Of a stretch of DNA of 32,000 bases, positions 1 through 8,291 are shown in pieces. The stretch comes from Mycolicibacterium smegmatis (GTDB lineage: Bacteria > Actinomycetota > Actinomycetes > Mycobacteriales > Mycobacteriaceae), in NCBI RefSeq assembly GCF_001457595.1, contig NZ_LN831039.1:5940001-5972000 (forward strand), in the 5' to 3' direction. Position 1 is the first letter of the stretch. Each line of letters begins with the position of its first letter. Both the position numbers and the translations under genes were made by a program. The notes beneath the pieces were generated by a model. It made no database searches. It had not been told where the DNA came from and worked only from the letters and a program-made list of their open reading frames with translations.

Positions 1-843
1 GCCGGCCGCGGCGCGGTGGTCGTCGGCGGCAGCCGGGGCATCGGTCTCGCGGTCGCCGGTCTGCTCGCGGCGCAGGGCGCCGGCGTCGTGGTCAACGGCC
101 GCGACGCCGACGCCGCGGAAGCGGCCGCGAAACGGATTTCCGGTGTGGCACATGCCGGTTCGCCCGCAGATCCCGCGGTCGCCGATGCGCTCGTCGACAC
201 GTGCGTCGCCGAGTTCGGCCGCATCGACATCCTGGTGAACTGCGCGGGCACGGCCGAACCGCACGGGTCGTCGATTCTCGACATCACCAGCGCGCAGTTC
301 CGTGAGCTGCTCGATGCGCATCTGGGCACGGTGTTCGAAACGTGCCGCGCCGCAGCGCCGAAGATGGTCGCTCACGGCGGCGGCGCCATCGTCAACACCG
401 GTTCGTTCGCCTACCTCGGCGACTACGGCGGCACCGGTTACCCCGCGGGCAAGGGCGGGGTCAACGCGCTCACGATGGCGGTCGCGGCCGAACTGCGCGA
501 GCACAAGGTGCGGGCCAACGTGGTGTGCCCTGGCGCCAAGACCAGGTTGTCCACCGGGCCGGAGTACGAGCGGCACATCGCCGAACTCAACCGGCGCGGT
601 CTGCTCGACGACGTGAGCGCCCAGGGCGCGCTCGACGCCGCGGCACCCGAGTACGCCGCGGCCACCTACGCGTATCTGGTCAGCGACGCCGCACGTGACG
701 TGACGGGCCGCATCTTCATCGCCGCGGGTGGATTCGTCGGTGAATTCGCCCGCCCCACACCGGGTTTCCTGGGGTTCCGCGACCACCACACGTCACCGCC
801 GTGGACCGCCGACGAACTGCACCAGATGATCAGTGGCGGGTAG
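1..843 (+). CDS. SDR family oxidoreductase, 5' end truncated by the window edge
   Basis: The frame is open from base 1 (AGRGAVVVGGSRGIGLAVAG, Rossmann TGxxxGIG-like motif). NCAG and a YPAGK active-site-like motif are present. Stop at 841-843. Confidence 0.85.
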   Translation, partial: AGRGAVVVGGSRGIGLAVAGLLAAQGAGVVVNGRDADAAEAAAKRISGVAHAGSPADPAVADALVDTCVAEFGRIDILVNCAGTAEPHGSSILDITSAQFRELLDAHLGTVFETCRAAAPKMVAHGGGAIVNTGSFAYLGDYGGTGYPAGKGGVNALTMAVAAELREHKVRANVVCPGAKTRLSTGPEYERHIAELNRRGLLDDVSAQGALDAAAPEYAAATYAYLVSDAARDVTGRIFIAAGGFVGEFARPTPGFLGFRDHHTSPPWTADELHQMISGG

Positions 844-1162
844 CGCACGTCCCGCGTTCGAAGCGCCTGCCGCGCCACGCCGGACGCGCGCCGTGTGAGA
901 CCGGGACCTTGAACGGGCGGTAGTACGTCAGCACGACGTTGTCGGGGTCATCGGGCGAGTCGGTGCAGTCGAAGAACACCCAACCGTCGACGCCGCGGCG
1001 GATGAGTTCGGGATGGTCGGCCACCTCCCACCAACTCGCGGCGGGGACATCGAGGTCCATCCACTCGAAGCGGTCATCTCGTTCGTTCGGGGAGGCCGGT
1101 TCCTCACCTTCTGCTTCCCACCTGACCGCGTCGGCCACGAGCCCGTCAACTCCTTCGCACAT
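830..1162 (-). CDS. Hypothetical protein
   Basis: 110-aa ORF with non-repetitive mixed composition ([35 protein letters not shown]). It fills the gap between the SDR and the HIT gene and overlaps the SDR 3' end by 14 bp. The start could be internal. Confidence 0.5.
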
Positions 1163-1245
1163 CTAATAAGCCCTTCTATCCAACCGCTTGGTCGGCGCGG
1201 ACGCAACGAGACGGTCGTCTCACCGGCGTCACTATGCTCATGTCC

Positions 1246-1662
1246 ATGGCGACCGTCTTCACGAAGATCATCAACCGCGAACTGCCCGGCCGTTTCGTCT
1301 ACGAAGACGACGACATCGTGGCGTTCCTGACGATCGAACCCATGACGCAGGGCCACACGCTCGTGGTGCCGCGCGCCGAACTCGACAACTGGCAGGACAT
1401 CGAACCCGCCGTGTTCGCCCGGGTCATGGAGGTCTCGCAGTTGATCGGCAAGGCGGTCTGCAAGGCCTTCGACACCGAGCGTTCGGGCCTGATCATCGCC
1501 GGCCTCGAGGTGCCGCACCTGCACGTCCACGTCTTCCCCGCGCGCAACCTGTCCGACTTCGGGTTCGCCAACGTCGACCGCAACCCGTCACCGGAGTCCC
1601 TCGACGAGGCGCAGGCGAAGATCAAAGCCGCGCTGGCAGATCTGCAATCCGCGGCAGGCTGA
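1246..1662 (+). CDS. HIT family protein (Rv0759c-like)
   Basis: [43 protein letters not shown] and the histidine triad HLHVHVF. An alternative start lies at 1234. Confidence 0.9.
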
Positions 1663-3061
1663 CGGTGAACCGGGAGCCCTTCCCGAGCGCCGTGGTGACC
1701 TTCACGGTTCCGCCGTGCGCGTACACCAGTGAGTCGACGATGGACAGTCCCAGCCCCGTGCCGCCGCTGGCGCGGGTGCGCGACGTGTCCGCGCGGTAGA
1801 ACCGCTCGAACACGCGGCGCGCATCCTCCTGGCTCATGCCGGGGCCCTCGTCGCACACTTCGAGAACCGCGTTGTCGCCGTCGGTGCCCACACGCACCGT
1901 GATGCCCGCGGTCTCGGGCGTGTGCTGTACGGCGTTGGCGACGAGGTTGCCGATCACCTGGCGCAGGCGGGCCTCGTCGCCCAGCACCTCCGGGGTGCCC
2001 GGGCCGTCGAAGACCTCCATCTTCACCCTGCGCTTCGGCGCGATCGACTGCGCGTCGTGCACGGCGTCGGTGGCCAGGGCGAGCAGATCGACGCGGCGCC
2101 GTTCGAGGGGGCGTTGTGCGTCGAGACGCGCGAGCAGCAGCAGGTCCTCGACCAGCAGGCCCATGCGGCGCGATTCGCTCTCGATGCGGCCCATCAGCAT
2201 CTCGATGTCGCGCGCCGCGCCCTGCCGGTACAACTCGGCGAAGCCGCGGATCGTGGTCAACGGCGTGCGCAGTTCGTGGCTCGCGTCGGTGATGAAGCGC
2301 CGCATGCGGTCCTCCGACGACCGTGCCTGTTCGGCCGAGGCCTCCGACGCCGCCACCGCGCGCTGGATCTGCGCGAGCATGCCGTTGAGCGCCGACGACA
2401 ACCGTCCCACCTCGGTGCGCGGATCCCGTTCCGGCACACGACGATCCAACTGTCCCGCAGCAATCGCCGCGGCCGTGCGCTCGACCTCGACCAGCGGGCG
2501 CAGGCTGCGGTGGACGACGACGTAGCCGACCACGCCGAGCACAAGAAGGACCGCGGCGCCGATGCCGACCTGCGACCACACCAGGGCCCGCACCGACGAC
2601 TGCACCTCGGACAGGTCGATGGCGACCGTGGTGAGTTCACCGTTGGGGCCGCGCACCGTCATGGCGCGCCATTCGACGTTGGACTTGTCGATCGAGCCGA
2701 CGGTCACCGGTACCGGGCCGACGTCGTTGTTCTCGGGCAGCGCCGGTTCGGCCTCGCGGTCGTTGACGGCGATCCAGGTGCGGCCGTCCTCATCGAAGCC
2801 GCGCACGTAGAAGTTCGACGGCGGACGGGCCGGGTTGGGGCCCTCCAGCGGTGTGGTGGGCGCGCGCCGCGGGGCCTGCGCCCAACTCCTGGACGCGTCG
2901 AGAAGGGTCTGGTCGATGCGGCTGACCTCGGTGTGCCGCATGATCGACGTGACGGCGATACCCGAGGCCAGCAGACCGCATGCCACCAGCACAAGCGCGG
3001 CGGCCACCAACCCCACGCGCAGTGGGATGCCGCGTCGACCACGGTTCACCCGGTCAAGCAC
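1622..3061 (-). CDS. phoR: Two-component sensor histidine kinase PhoR
   Basis: N-terminal TM, extracytoplasmic domain, second TM, HAMP-like region, H-box [27 protein letters not shown], and ATP-binding N/G boxes. Closely matches remembered M. tuberculosis PhoR and is adjacent to phoP. Confidence 0.92.
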
Positions 3062-3090
3062 CTATGAAGTATGCCGCTGACGCGTGCCCG

Positions 3091-3810
3091 TCAGCGCGGC
3101 TCGCGCAAAACGTAGCCGACGCCGCGCAGCGTGTGCAGCAGTCGCTTCTCGCCGGTGTCGATCTTGCGTCGCAGGTAGGACACATAGGACTCCACGACAT
3201 TGACGTCACCGCCGAAGTCGTAGCGCCACACGTGGTCGAGGATCTTGGGCTTGGACAACACCGTGCCCGCGTTGATGATGAAGTAGCGCAGCAGTGTGAA
3301 CTCCGTGGGCGACAGCGAGACCGGCTCGCCGGCCTTCCACACCTCGTGGGTGTCCTCGTCGAGTTCGATGTCGGCGAAGGTGAGCCGCGCGTTGCGGGTC
3401 TCCTCGACGCCGCGGCCGGAGCGGCGCAGGATCACCCGCAGGCGGGCCACGACCTCTTCGAGGCTGAACGGCTTGGTCACGTAGTCGTCGCCGCCGAGGG
3501 TGAGACCGGCGATCTTGTCCTGCAGGCTGTCGCGCGCGGTGAGGAACAGGGCGGGTGCGTCGATACCGTCGGCGCGCAGGCGGCGCAGCAGTCCGAAGCC
3601 GTCCATACCCGGCATCATCACGTCCAGGATCACGGCGTCGGGCCGTACCTCACGGGCTTTGTCGAGGGCCGCCGCGCCGTTGGACGCGGTGTGCACCTCG
3701 AAGCCCTGGAACTTCAGGCTCACCGAGAGCAGCTCGACGATGTTCGCCTCGTCGTCCACCACCAGGACGCGAGCTTCTGGAACGTTTTCGGGAAGAGCGG
3801 GCATGGCCAT
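3091..3810 (-). CDS. phoP: Two-component response regulator PhoP
   Basis: EARVLVVDDEANIVELLSVSLKFQGFEVHTAS receiver domain and OmpR-type winged helix ending TGEKRLLHTLRGVGYVLREPR. Near-identical to remembered mycobacterial PhoP. Confidence 0.95.
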   Translation of the reverse strand: MAMPALPENVPEARVLVVDDEANIVELLSVSLKFQGFEVHTASNGAAALDKAREVRPDAVILDVMMPGMDGFGLLRRLRADGIDAPALFLTARDSLQDKIAGLTLGGDDYVTKPFSLEEVVARLRVILRRSGRGVEETRNARLTFADIELDEDTHEVWKAGEPVSLSPTEFTLLRYFIINAGTVLSKPKILDHVWRYDFGGDVNVVESYVSYLRRKIDTGEKRLLHTLRGVGYVLREPR

Positions 3811-3842
3811 TACCCAATGCTGTCGCTATCTGTTGGAGTATT

Positions 3843-3875
3843 CCTGCACGCTACCTGTGTGCTTCCTGTGAATGT
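3843..3875 (-). promoter_or_regulatory. Candidate PhoP autoregulatory direct repeats (3 x 11 bp)
   Basis: + strand: CCTGCACGCTA / CCTGTGTGCTT / CCTGTGAATGT, head to tail with exact 11-bp spacing, immediately upstream of phoP. Confidence 0.6.
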
Positions 3876-3949
3876 GGGCGAGATACCCCGGCAGGAAGCC
3901 GCCCGAAACCCACGAAAACGATGCGAGTCACCGCCCTAGACTGGCTCAC

Positions 3950-4768
3950 ATGAACCTCGGCAAGACCCTCGTCCAGGTTGCCACGGCCCCGGTTCGCATC
4001 GGCATCGCGATCGCCGACGCGGGCCTGGGGATAGCCGGGGAGACACTCACCGCGGTCCAGCGCACCGTGACCGACTCCAACCCGCTGACCAGCAGGTCAT
4101 CACTGGCGCAGATGCTCGGTCTCGACGACGCCGTCGAGCGTGCCAACCGGCTCGCGCGGCTCATGGACGACGACGCACCACTCGGTCGCGCACTCGCACC
4201 CGACGGCCCCGTCAATCGGTTGCTGCGCCCGGGCGGTCTCGTCGACCAACTGACCGCAGAGGGCGGTCTGCTCGACCGGTTGACCGCCGAGAACGGTCCC
4301 GTCACGCGCGCGGTCGCACCCGGCGGACTCGTCGACCAGATCACCATGGAGGGCGGTCTGCTCGACCGGCTGACCACCGACGACGGCGCCCTGTCGCGCG
4401 TCATCGCACCGGGCGGGCTCGCCGATCAACTGCTCGCGCACGACGGTCTCATCGAGCGTGTGCTGCGCGAGGACGGTGTGGCCGACCGCCTGCTCGCCGA
4501 GGGCGGGCTGCTCGACACCCTCACCGATCCCGACGGCCCGCTGCTCAAACTCGCTGATGTCGCCGACACGCTGAACCGTCTGGCCCCCGGACTCGAGGCC
4601 CTCGCGCCGACCATCGACGCGCTGCACGACGCGGTCATCACCCTCAGCCAGGTGGTCAACCCGCTGTCCAACATCGCCGACCGGATCCCGCTGCCCCGCC
4701 GCTACGGCAGGCGCTCGACCACCCCGACACCTGTGGTGTCGCAGCGAATTGTCGACGCCGACGAGTGA
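3950..4768 (+). CDS. Decapeptide-repeat hypothetical protein (Rv0756c-like by position)
   Basis: Starts MNLGKTLVQVATAPVRIGIAIADAG. Residues 74-203 form 13 consecutive 10-aa units of the type [PE][GD]G[LPV][LVA][DNT][RQ]LTA. Divergent from phoP. Confidence 0.85.
   Translation: MNLGKTLVQVATAPVRIGIAIADAGLGIAGETLTAVQRTVTDSNPLTSRSSLAQMLGLDDAVERANRLARLMDDDAPLGRALAPDGPVNRLLRPGGLVDQLTAEGGLLDRLTAENGPVTRAVAPGGLVDQITMEGGLLDRLTTDDGALSRVIAPGGLADQLLAHDGLIERVLREDGVADRLLAEGGLLDTLTDPDGPLLKLADVADTLNRLAPGLEALAPTIDALHDAVITLSQVVNPLSNIADRIPLPRRYGRRSTTPTPVVSQRIVDADE
4169..4558 (+). repeat. Degenerate 30-bp (10-aa) coding tandem repeat, 13 units
   Basis: PDGPVNRLLR, PGGLVDQLTA, EGGLLDRLTA, ENGPVTRAVA, PGGLVDQITM, EGGLLDRLTT, DDGALSRVIA, PGGLADQLLA, HDGLIERVLR, EDGVADRLLA, EGGLLDTLTD and others, in perfect 10-residue register. 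Confidence 0.9.
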
Positions 4769-4795
4769 CCCGTTAAGCTATTGCGCGTTCCACCT

Positions 4796-4870
4796 GCCTC
4801 CTTAGCTCAGTGGTAGAGCACTCGCCTTGTAAGCGAGCGGTCGTCAGTTCAATCCTGACAGGGGGCTCCA
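4796..4870 (+). tRNA. tRNA-Thr (anticodon TGT), CCA encoded
   Basis: Cloverleaf: acceptor GCCTCCT/AGGGGGC, D-arm AGCTCAGTGGTAGAGC, anticodon stem-loop CTCGC-CTTGTAA-GCGAG, variable AGCG.., T-arm GTCAG-TTCAATC-CTGAC, then T+CCA. Confidence 0.96.
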
Positions 4871-4872
4871 GC

Positions 4873-4892
4873 GCACCGGCGGTTGTCGGTGC
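4873..4892 (+). terminator. Possible post-tRNA hairpin terminator
   Basis: GCACCGGC-GGTT-GTCGGTGC: 8-bp stem with one G-U pair, 3 nt after the tRNA CCA. No U-tract. Confidence 0.4.
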
Positions 4893-4911
4893 CCCTCAGT
4901 AGCTTCCAGAC

Positions 4912-5316
4912 ATGAGGCTCTGTCGTGGCTGCGGAACGCCTTTGACGAAGCGCAGTCAGAAGGTCTACTGCAGCAATGTGTGCCAGGGCTCGGCCCGTCG
5001 TCAGGCCAGCACCAAGCGCTGGCTCGAATCCGGTCAGGCATCCATCGGCACTCTTCCCGACCACTACATCCGCCAGTACCTGACCACCGAACAAGGCGGC
5101 TGCTGCGCGATCTGCGGTGGCGCCACCACGTGGCAGGGCCTGCCGCTGACGCTCGTGCTGGACCACATCGACGGGGACCCGACGAACAACCGGCGCGACA
5201 ACCTGCGCCTGGTGTGCCCCAACTGCGACTCCCAACTGCCCACGTACAAGAGCCGCAACCGCGGCAACGGACGCCACTTCCGCAGGCAGCGTTATGCCGA
5301 CGGCAAGTCGTACTAG
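4912..5316 (+). CDS. Small HNH endonuclease-domain protein
   Basis: N-terminal zinc-ribbon-like CRGCGTPL...KVYCSNVC, then CCAICG...LVLDHIDGDPTNNRRDNLRLVCPNC (HNH core with CxxC pairs). Confidence 0.88.
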   Translation: MRLCRGCGTPLTKRSQKVYCSNVCQGSARRQASTKRWLESGQASIGTLPDHYIRQYLTTEQGGCCAICGGATTWQGLPLTLVLDHIDGDPTNNRRDNLRLVCPNCDSQLPTYKSRNRGNGRHFRRQRYADGKSY

Positions 5317-5468
5317 TTCTCGTCGGCGATCTGCTCGCGGCTCTCGTGCAGTCCCGGCGCCTCGGGATCCTCACCACGGCGGTCGAACTCGTCCTGCAGT
5401 TCTTCCTGCTGCTCGGTCGCCTGCCGGGCGTCCTCCGGGATGGCCCTGCCGTCGTCGTGTGAATCCAT
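5313..5468 (-). CDS. Small acidic hypothetical protein (51 aa), not in the supplied ORF track
   Basis: My translation: MDSHDDGRAIPEDARQATEQQEELQDEFDRRGEDPEAPGLHESREQIADEN*. It fills the HNH/GH5 gap, and its stop interleaves with the HNH stop. Confidence 0.6.
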   Translation of the reverse strand: MDSHDDGRAIPEDARQATEQQEELQDEFDRRGEDPEAPGLHESREQIADEN

Positions 5469-5508
5469 GCTGCACAGGATCACCACGCGAGATCCTCCCC
5501 AAACCGGA

Positions 5509-6648
5509 TTACACGCGCGCGGTCAGCTTGCGCAGCGTGGCGTACTCGCTGTCCTTGTAGGGCCGCCCGTCGGGACGCAGCAGATCGTGGAACCAGACGT
5601 TGGGCACCTTGGTGTAGGGCTTGTCCCAGGAATCCCACGGGAAGTAGGTCTGCGTCTTGCCCGCCACCAGACCCCAGCTGTAGGCGCCCACGTTGTGGCG
5701 TTTGGCGACGGGCAGCACCCCCTCAAGCGTGCTGCCCTCGCTGCGTGCCAGGTACTCGGTGCACAGGATCGGCCGGCCGAGTGGCTCCAACTCGGCAATG
5801 CGGGCCTCGAACTCGTCGGGGCCCGCATAGGAGTGGAAGGAGATGACGTCGGAGTTGTCGAGTTGGAAGCTCGCCATCTCGCTGCGGCGCCCTCTCTCCC
5901 AACTGCCCTGCCACACCCCGCTGGTCAGGGGTTGTGCGGCGTTGACCGACCGCGCCCAGCCGAACACCTGGGGCAGCAGCGCGCCGACGGCGTCCAGCTT
6001 GTCGGAGCGCTCGACCTTGCGGTACTGCCTGGCCGGGTTGTCGGGCTCGTTCCACAGATCCCAGCCCAGCACGCGCTGGTCGTTGCGGAACTGGCTCATG
6101 ACGCCGACGACGTAGTCGCGCAGCACGGGCCGGTAGCGCGGATCGTCGATGCGCTGCGCGCCCGGGCTCTGGACCCAGCCCGAATTGTGCACGCCCGGCG
6201 TCGGCGCGCGCTGCGCGCCGGGTTTGGGCAGCGGATCCCAGCACGAGTCGAACAACACGAACAGCGGCTTGATGCCCTGGCGCGAAGCGATCGAGACGAA
6301 CTGGGCGAGCCGGTTCTGGAAGCCCGCGCGGTCCTGCGCCCACAGCAGGTCGTGCAGGAACACCCGCACGGTGTTGAAGCCGAGCAGCCGGCACGCCCCG
6401 AGCTCGCTGTCGATGCGCCGCGGGTCGTAGGTGCCTGCCGAGAACATCTCGAGCTGGTTGATCGCGTTGGACGTGATGAAGTTCGTGCCGACCAGCCAGC
6501 CCTGCGCCTGATACCAGGCGTTCGCGCGTTCCACGGGCCACTGGCCCGGCGCCGCGGACGCGCGCGGTGCGGTGGTCACCAGTGGGGAGATTGCCGCTGA
6601 CGCTGCCAGAACCAGCGGGATCTTGAGGGCCGTTCGACGGTGCACCAC
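5509..6648 (-). CDS. Secreted glycoside hydrolase, GH5-like (cellulase/mannanase-like fold)
   Basis: RRTALKIPLVLAASAAISPLVTTAPRASAAP signal (Tat-like RR). Catalytic motifs GWDLWNEPDN and PILCTEY. The ORF extends to 6699; a GTG start near 6645/6648 is more likely. Confidence 0.82.
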   Translation of the reverse strand: MVHRRTALKIPLVLAASAAISPLVTTAPRASAAPGQWPVERANAWYQAQGWLVGTNFITSNAINQLEMFSAGTYDPRRIDSELGACRLLGFNTVRVFLHDLLWAQDRAGFQNRLAQFVSIASRQGIKPLFVLFDSCWDPLPKPGAQRAPTPGVHNSGWVQSPGAQRIDDPRYRPVLRDYVVGVMSQFRNDQRVLGWDLWNEPDNPARQYRKVERSDKLDAVGALLPQVFGWARSVNAAQPLTSGVWQGSWERGRRSEMASFQLDNSDVISFHSYAGPDEFEARIAELEPLGRPILCTEYLARSEGSTLEGVLPVAKRHNVGAYSWGLVAGKTQTYFPWDSWDKPYTKVPNVWFHDLLRPDGRPYKDSEYATLRKLTARV

Positions 6649-6744
6649 AAGAACATAGTGGGCACGACGAGCCCGCAGGCTGCACGTATCACATTGCAAC
6701 CATTGAGGTTTCGAATTGTTATCGGACGGCCCGCACTGCCGGGA

Positions 6745-7443
6745 TCACAACCGGTCGATCACGTACTGCGCGGCCTGGCCCATCATGCCGTTCACGTTGT
6801 ACAGCGCGTGCGCGAAGCTCGGCCCGCCTGCCGGTGCGCCGTCGCAGATGGTGTCACCCGGCGCGCACAGGTTCAGTGTCTTGTCGACGTAGCGGGGCCC
6901 GATCACGATGGGCGGTGCGCCGATGTCGCGCATGAACTGATCCGACGGTTTGCCGATCAGCACCACCGCGGCGACGTGGTCGGAGACCTCGGCGGGCATC
7001 GGGTCGGGGATGTACTGCCGATACTCGGCCGGGATCTCGGCGGGGATGTCGGCCGCGGTGACGAAACCGGCGACCACCGCGCCTTGCGAGTACCCGCCGA
7101 CCACGATGCGGGTGTCGGGGCAGGTGTCGGCCGTGGCCTCGACGTGCGACGCGGCGTCGGCGATGCCGTCGACCACGGTCCGTGCGAATGCGATGCGGTC
7201 GCCGAAGTCGCCGCTGGCCGGGTAGTCGACCGCGTACACGTCGACCGATCTCGGCGCGGCCTGTGCGCGCAGCGTATCCACGAAGGCCTGTCCCATGACC
7301 CCCACCCCCGGTGGTTCGAAGGTGCCCCTCGCGAACACCACCTCGACGTCGGGACACGGCTGCGCCGACGCGGGCGAGGCAGGGATGACCGGCAGGGCGC
7401 CGAACGCCACCAACGCGGCGCCCAACAATTTGAGAACGTTCAT
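6745..7443 (-). CDS. Secreted cutinase family protein
   Basis: MNVLKLLGAALVAFGALPVIPASPASAQPCPDVEVVFARGTFEPPGVG, VGGYSQGAVVAG nucleophile elbow, and C...C plus C-terminal D/H context (LCAPGDTICDGA...FAHALY). Confidence 0.93.
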   Translation of the reverse strand: MNVLKLLGAALVAFGALPVIPASPASAQPCPDVEVVFARGTFEPPGVGVMGQAFVDTLRAQAAPRSVDVYAVDYPASGDFGDRIAFARTVVDGIADAASHVEATADTCPDTRIVVGGYSQGAVVAGFVTAADIPAEIPAEYRQYIPDPMPAEVSDHVAAVVLIGKPSDQFMRDIGAPPIVIGPRYVDKTLNLCAPGDTICDGAPAGGPSFAHALYNVNGMMGQAAQYVIDRL

Positions 7444-7533
7444 ATCGACTCCAAGCGCATCGGGTCGTGCCGTTCTAGCCGTTCCCCATGCTGACACACC
7501 GTCACAACGAAAGCTCGTGAAGGACGAAAGTAC

Positions 7534-8190
7534 CTACGGCAGCGACACTTTCGGGAAGGGTCGCGGCTGGTCCGCGCCCGGCCCGTCGAAGTGCCACCAC
7601 TCCCCTTCGTACACGCTCAGCCCGCCGGCCTGCATCGCGTCGCGCAGCCGCGCCCGGTTGGCCCGCGCGGCAGCACTCACACCCTCGGTGGCGTAGGCCT
7701 GGCTGCGGGCGGTGAAGTCGTCGAACCCGGTGCCCATGTCCGCACCCGCGATCGTGACGTCCACCGACCGCCCGGCCTCGTGGCTGCGCGCCGCGGTTCC
7801 CGGACGCGCCACCCACGCCGGGTTGGGCACCACCTCGAACATCCGCACCTGCACCTCGTGCGGGCGGTAGCAGTCCCAGAACACCAACCGCTCGGGGCGC
7901 AGCCGCGCCGCGGCCACCGCGAACCCGTGGGCCATCGACTCGTGCACCAGACACCGTGAACCGGTCGGGTACAGCTGTTCGCCCACGAAGTTGTCGGTGG
8001 TTGCGTACCTGAGGTCGACCACCGCGTCCGGCACCACGGTGCGCACGTCCACGAGTCGGTCATCCGACACCGGATCGGCCGCCGCCACCGGCGCAAACAC
8101 CGTCGTCAGGCACCCCGCAGCGGCGATCGCGGCGAGGACCAGCGCGGACACCCGTCGCATTACGGAAATGCCACTCTCTTCTTCAGACAT
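7534..8190 (-). CDS. D-alanyl-D-alanine dipeptidase (VanX/DdpX-like), exported or lipoprotein
   Basis: VDLRYATTDNFVGEQLY, CYRPHEVQ, SHEAGRSVDVTIAG and EGEWWHFDG zinc and catalytic motifs; N-terminal signal. The start may be 8160 (MRRVSALVLAAI). Confidence 0.88.
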   Translation of the reverse strand: MSEEESGISVMRRVSALVLAAIAAAGCLTTVFAPVAAADPVSDDRLVDVRTVVPDAVVDLRYATTDNFVGEQLYPTGSRCLVHESMAHGFAVAAARLRPERLVFWDCYRPHEVQVRMFEVVPNPAWVARPGTAARSHEAGRSVDVTIAGADMGTGFDDFTARSQAYATEGVSAAARANRARLRDAMQAGGLSVYEGEWWHFDGPGADQPRPFPKVSLP

Positions 8191-8291
8191 ATCTCTTTCC
8201 GTTGTACGATAACCGCACTCTTGAGCATGACGTCGGCCCTCACCGGCCCCTGCTTACGCGCAGAAGTCACCCGACGGATTGGAGCGATCGT

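Noticed and set aside
1299-2579. 426-aa minus-strand open frame overlapping the HIT gene and phoR
   Set aside because: Arg/Gly/His-rich out-of-frame translation of phoR DNA. PhoR itself has full histidine-kinase motifs.
1622-3810. Assignment of the two-component pair as TcrXY or another OmpR-type pair
   Set aside because: The response-regulator sequence (VLVVDDEANIVELLSVSLKFQGFEV...TGEKRLLHTLRGVGYVLREPR) and synteny with a HIT gene and an Rv0756c-like gene fit PhoP-PhoR better.
4169-4558. Possible CRISPR or other DNA-level repeat array
   Set aside because: Units are contiguous 30-bp degenerate codon repeats with no spacers and remain in frame, so this is a protein repeat.
4100-4627. Long minus-strand repeat-containing ORF opposite the decapeptide-repeat gene
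   Set aside because: Its periodicity simply mirrors the 30-bp coding repeat of the plus-strand gene.
4870-5508. Possible genomic island inserted at tRNA-Thr
   Set aside because: No integrase, no duplicated tRNA 3' end and no composition break. Only one HNH gene and a small ORF are present, so an island call is unsupported.
5509-8190. VanX-like gene as part of a vancomycin-resistance cluster
   Set aside because: No vanH, vanA ligase or vanRS-like genes are adjacent. An isolated exported D,D-dipeptidase fits envelope recycling better.
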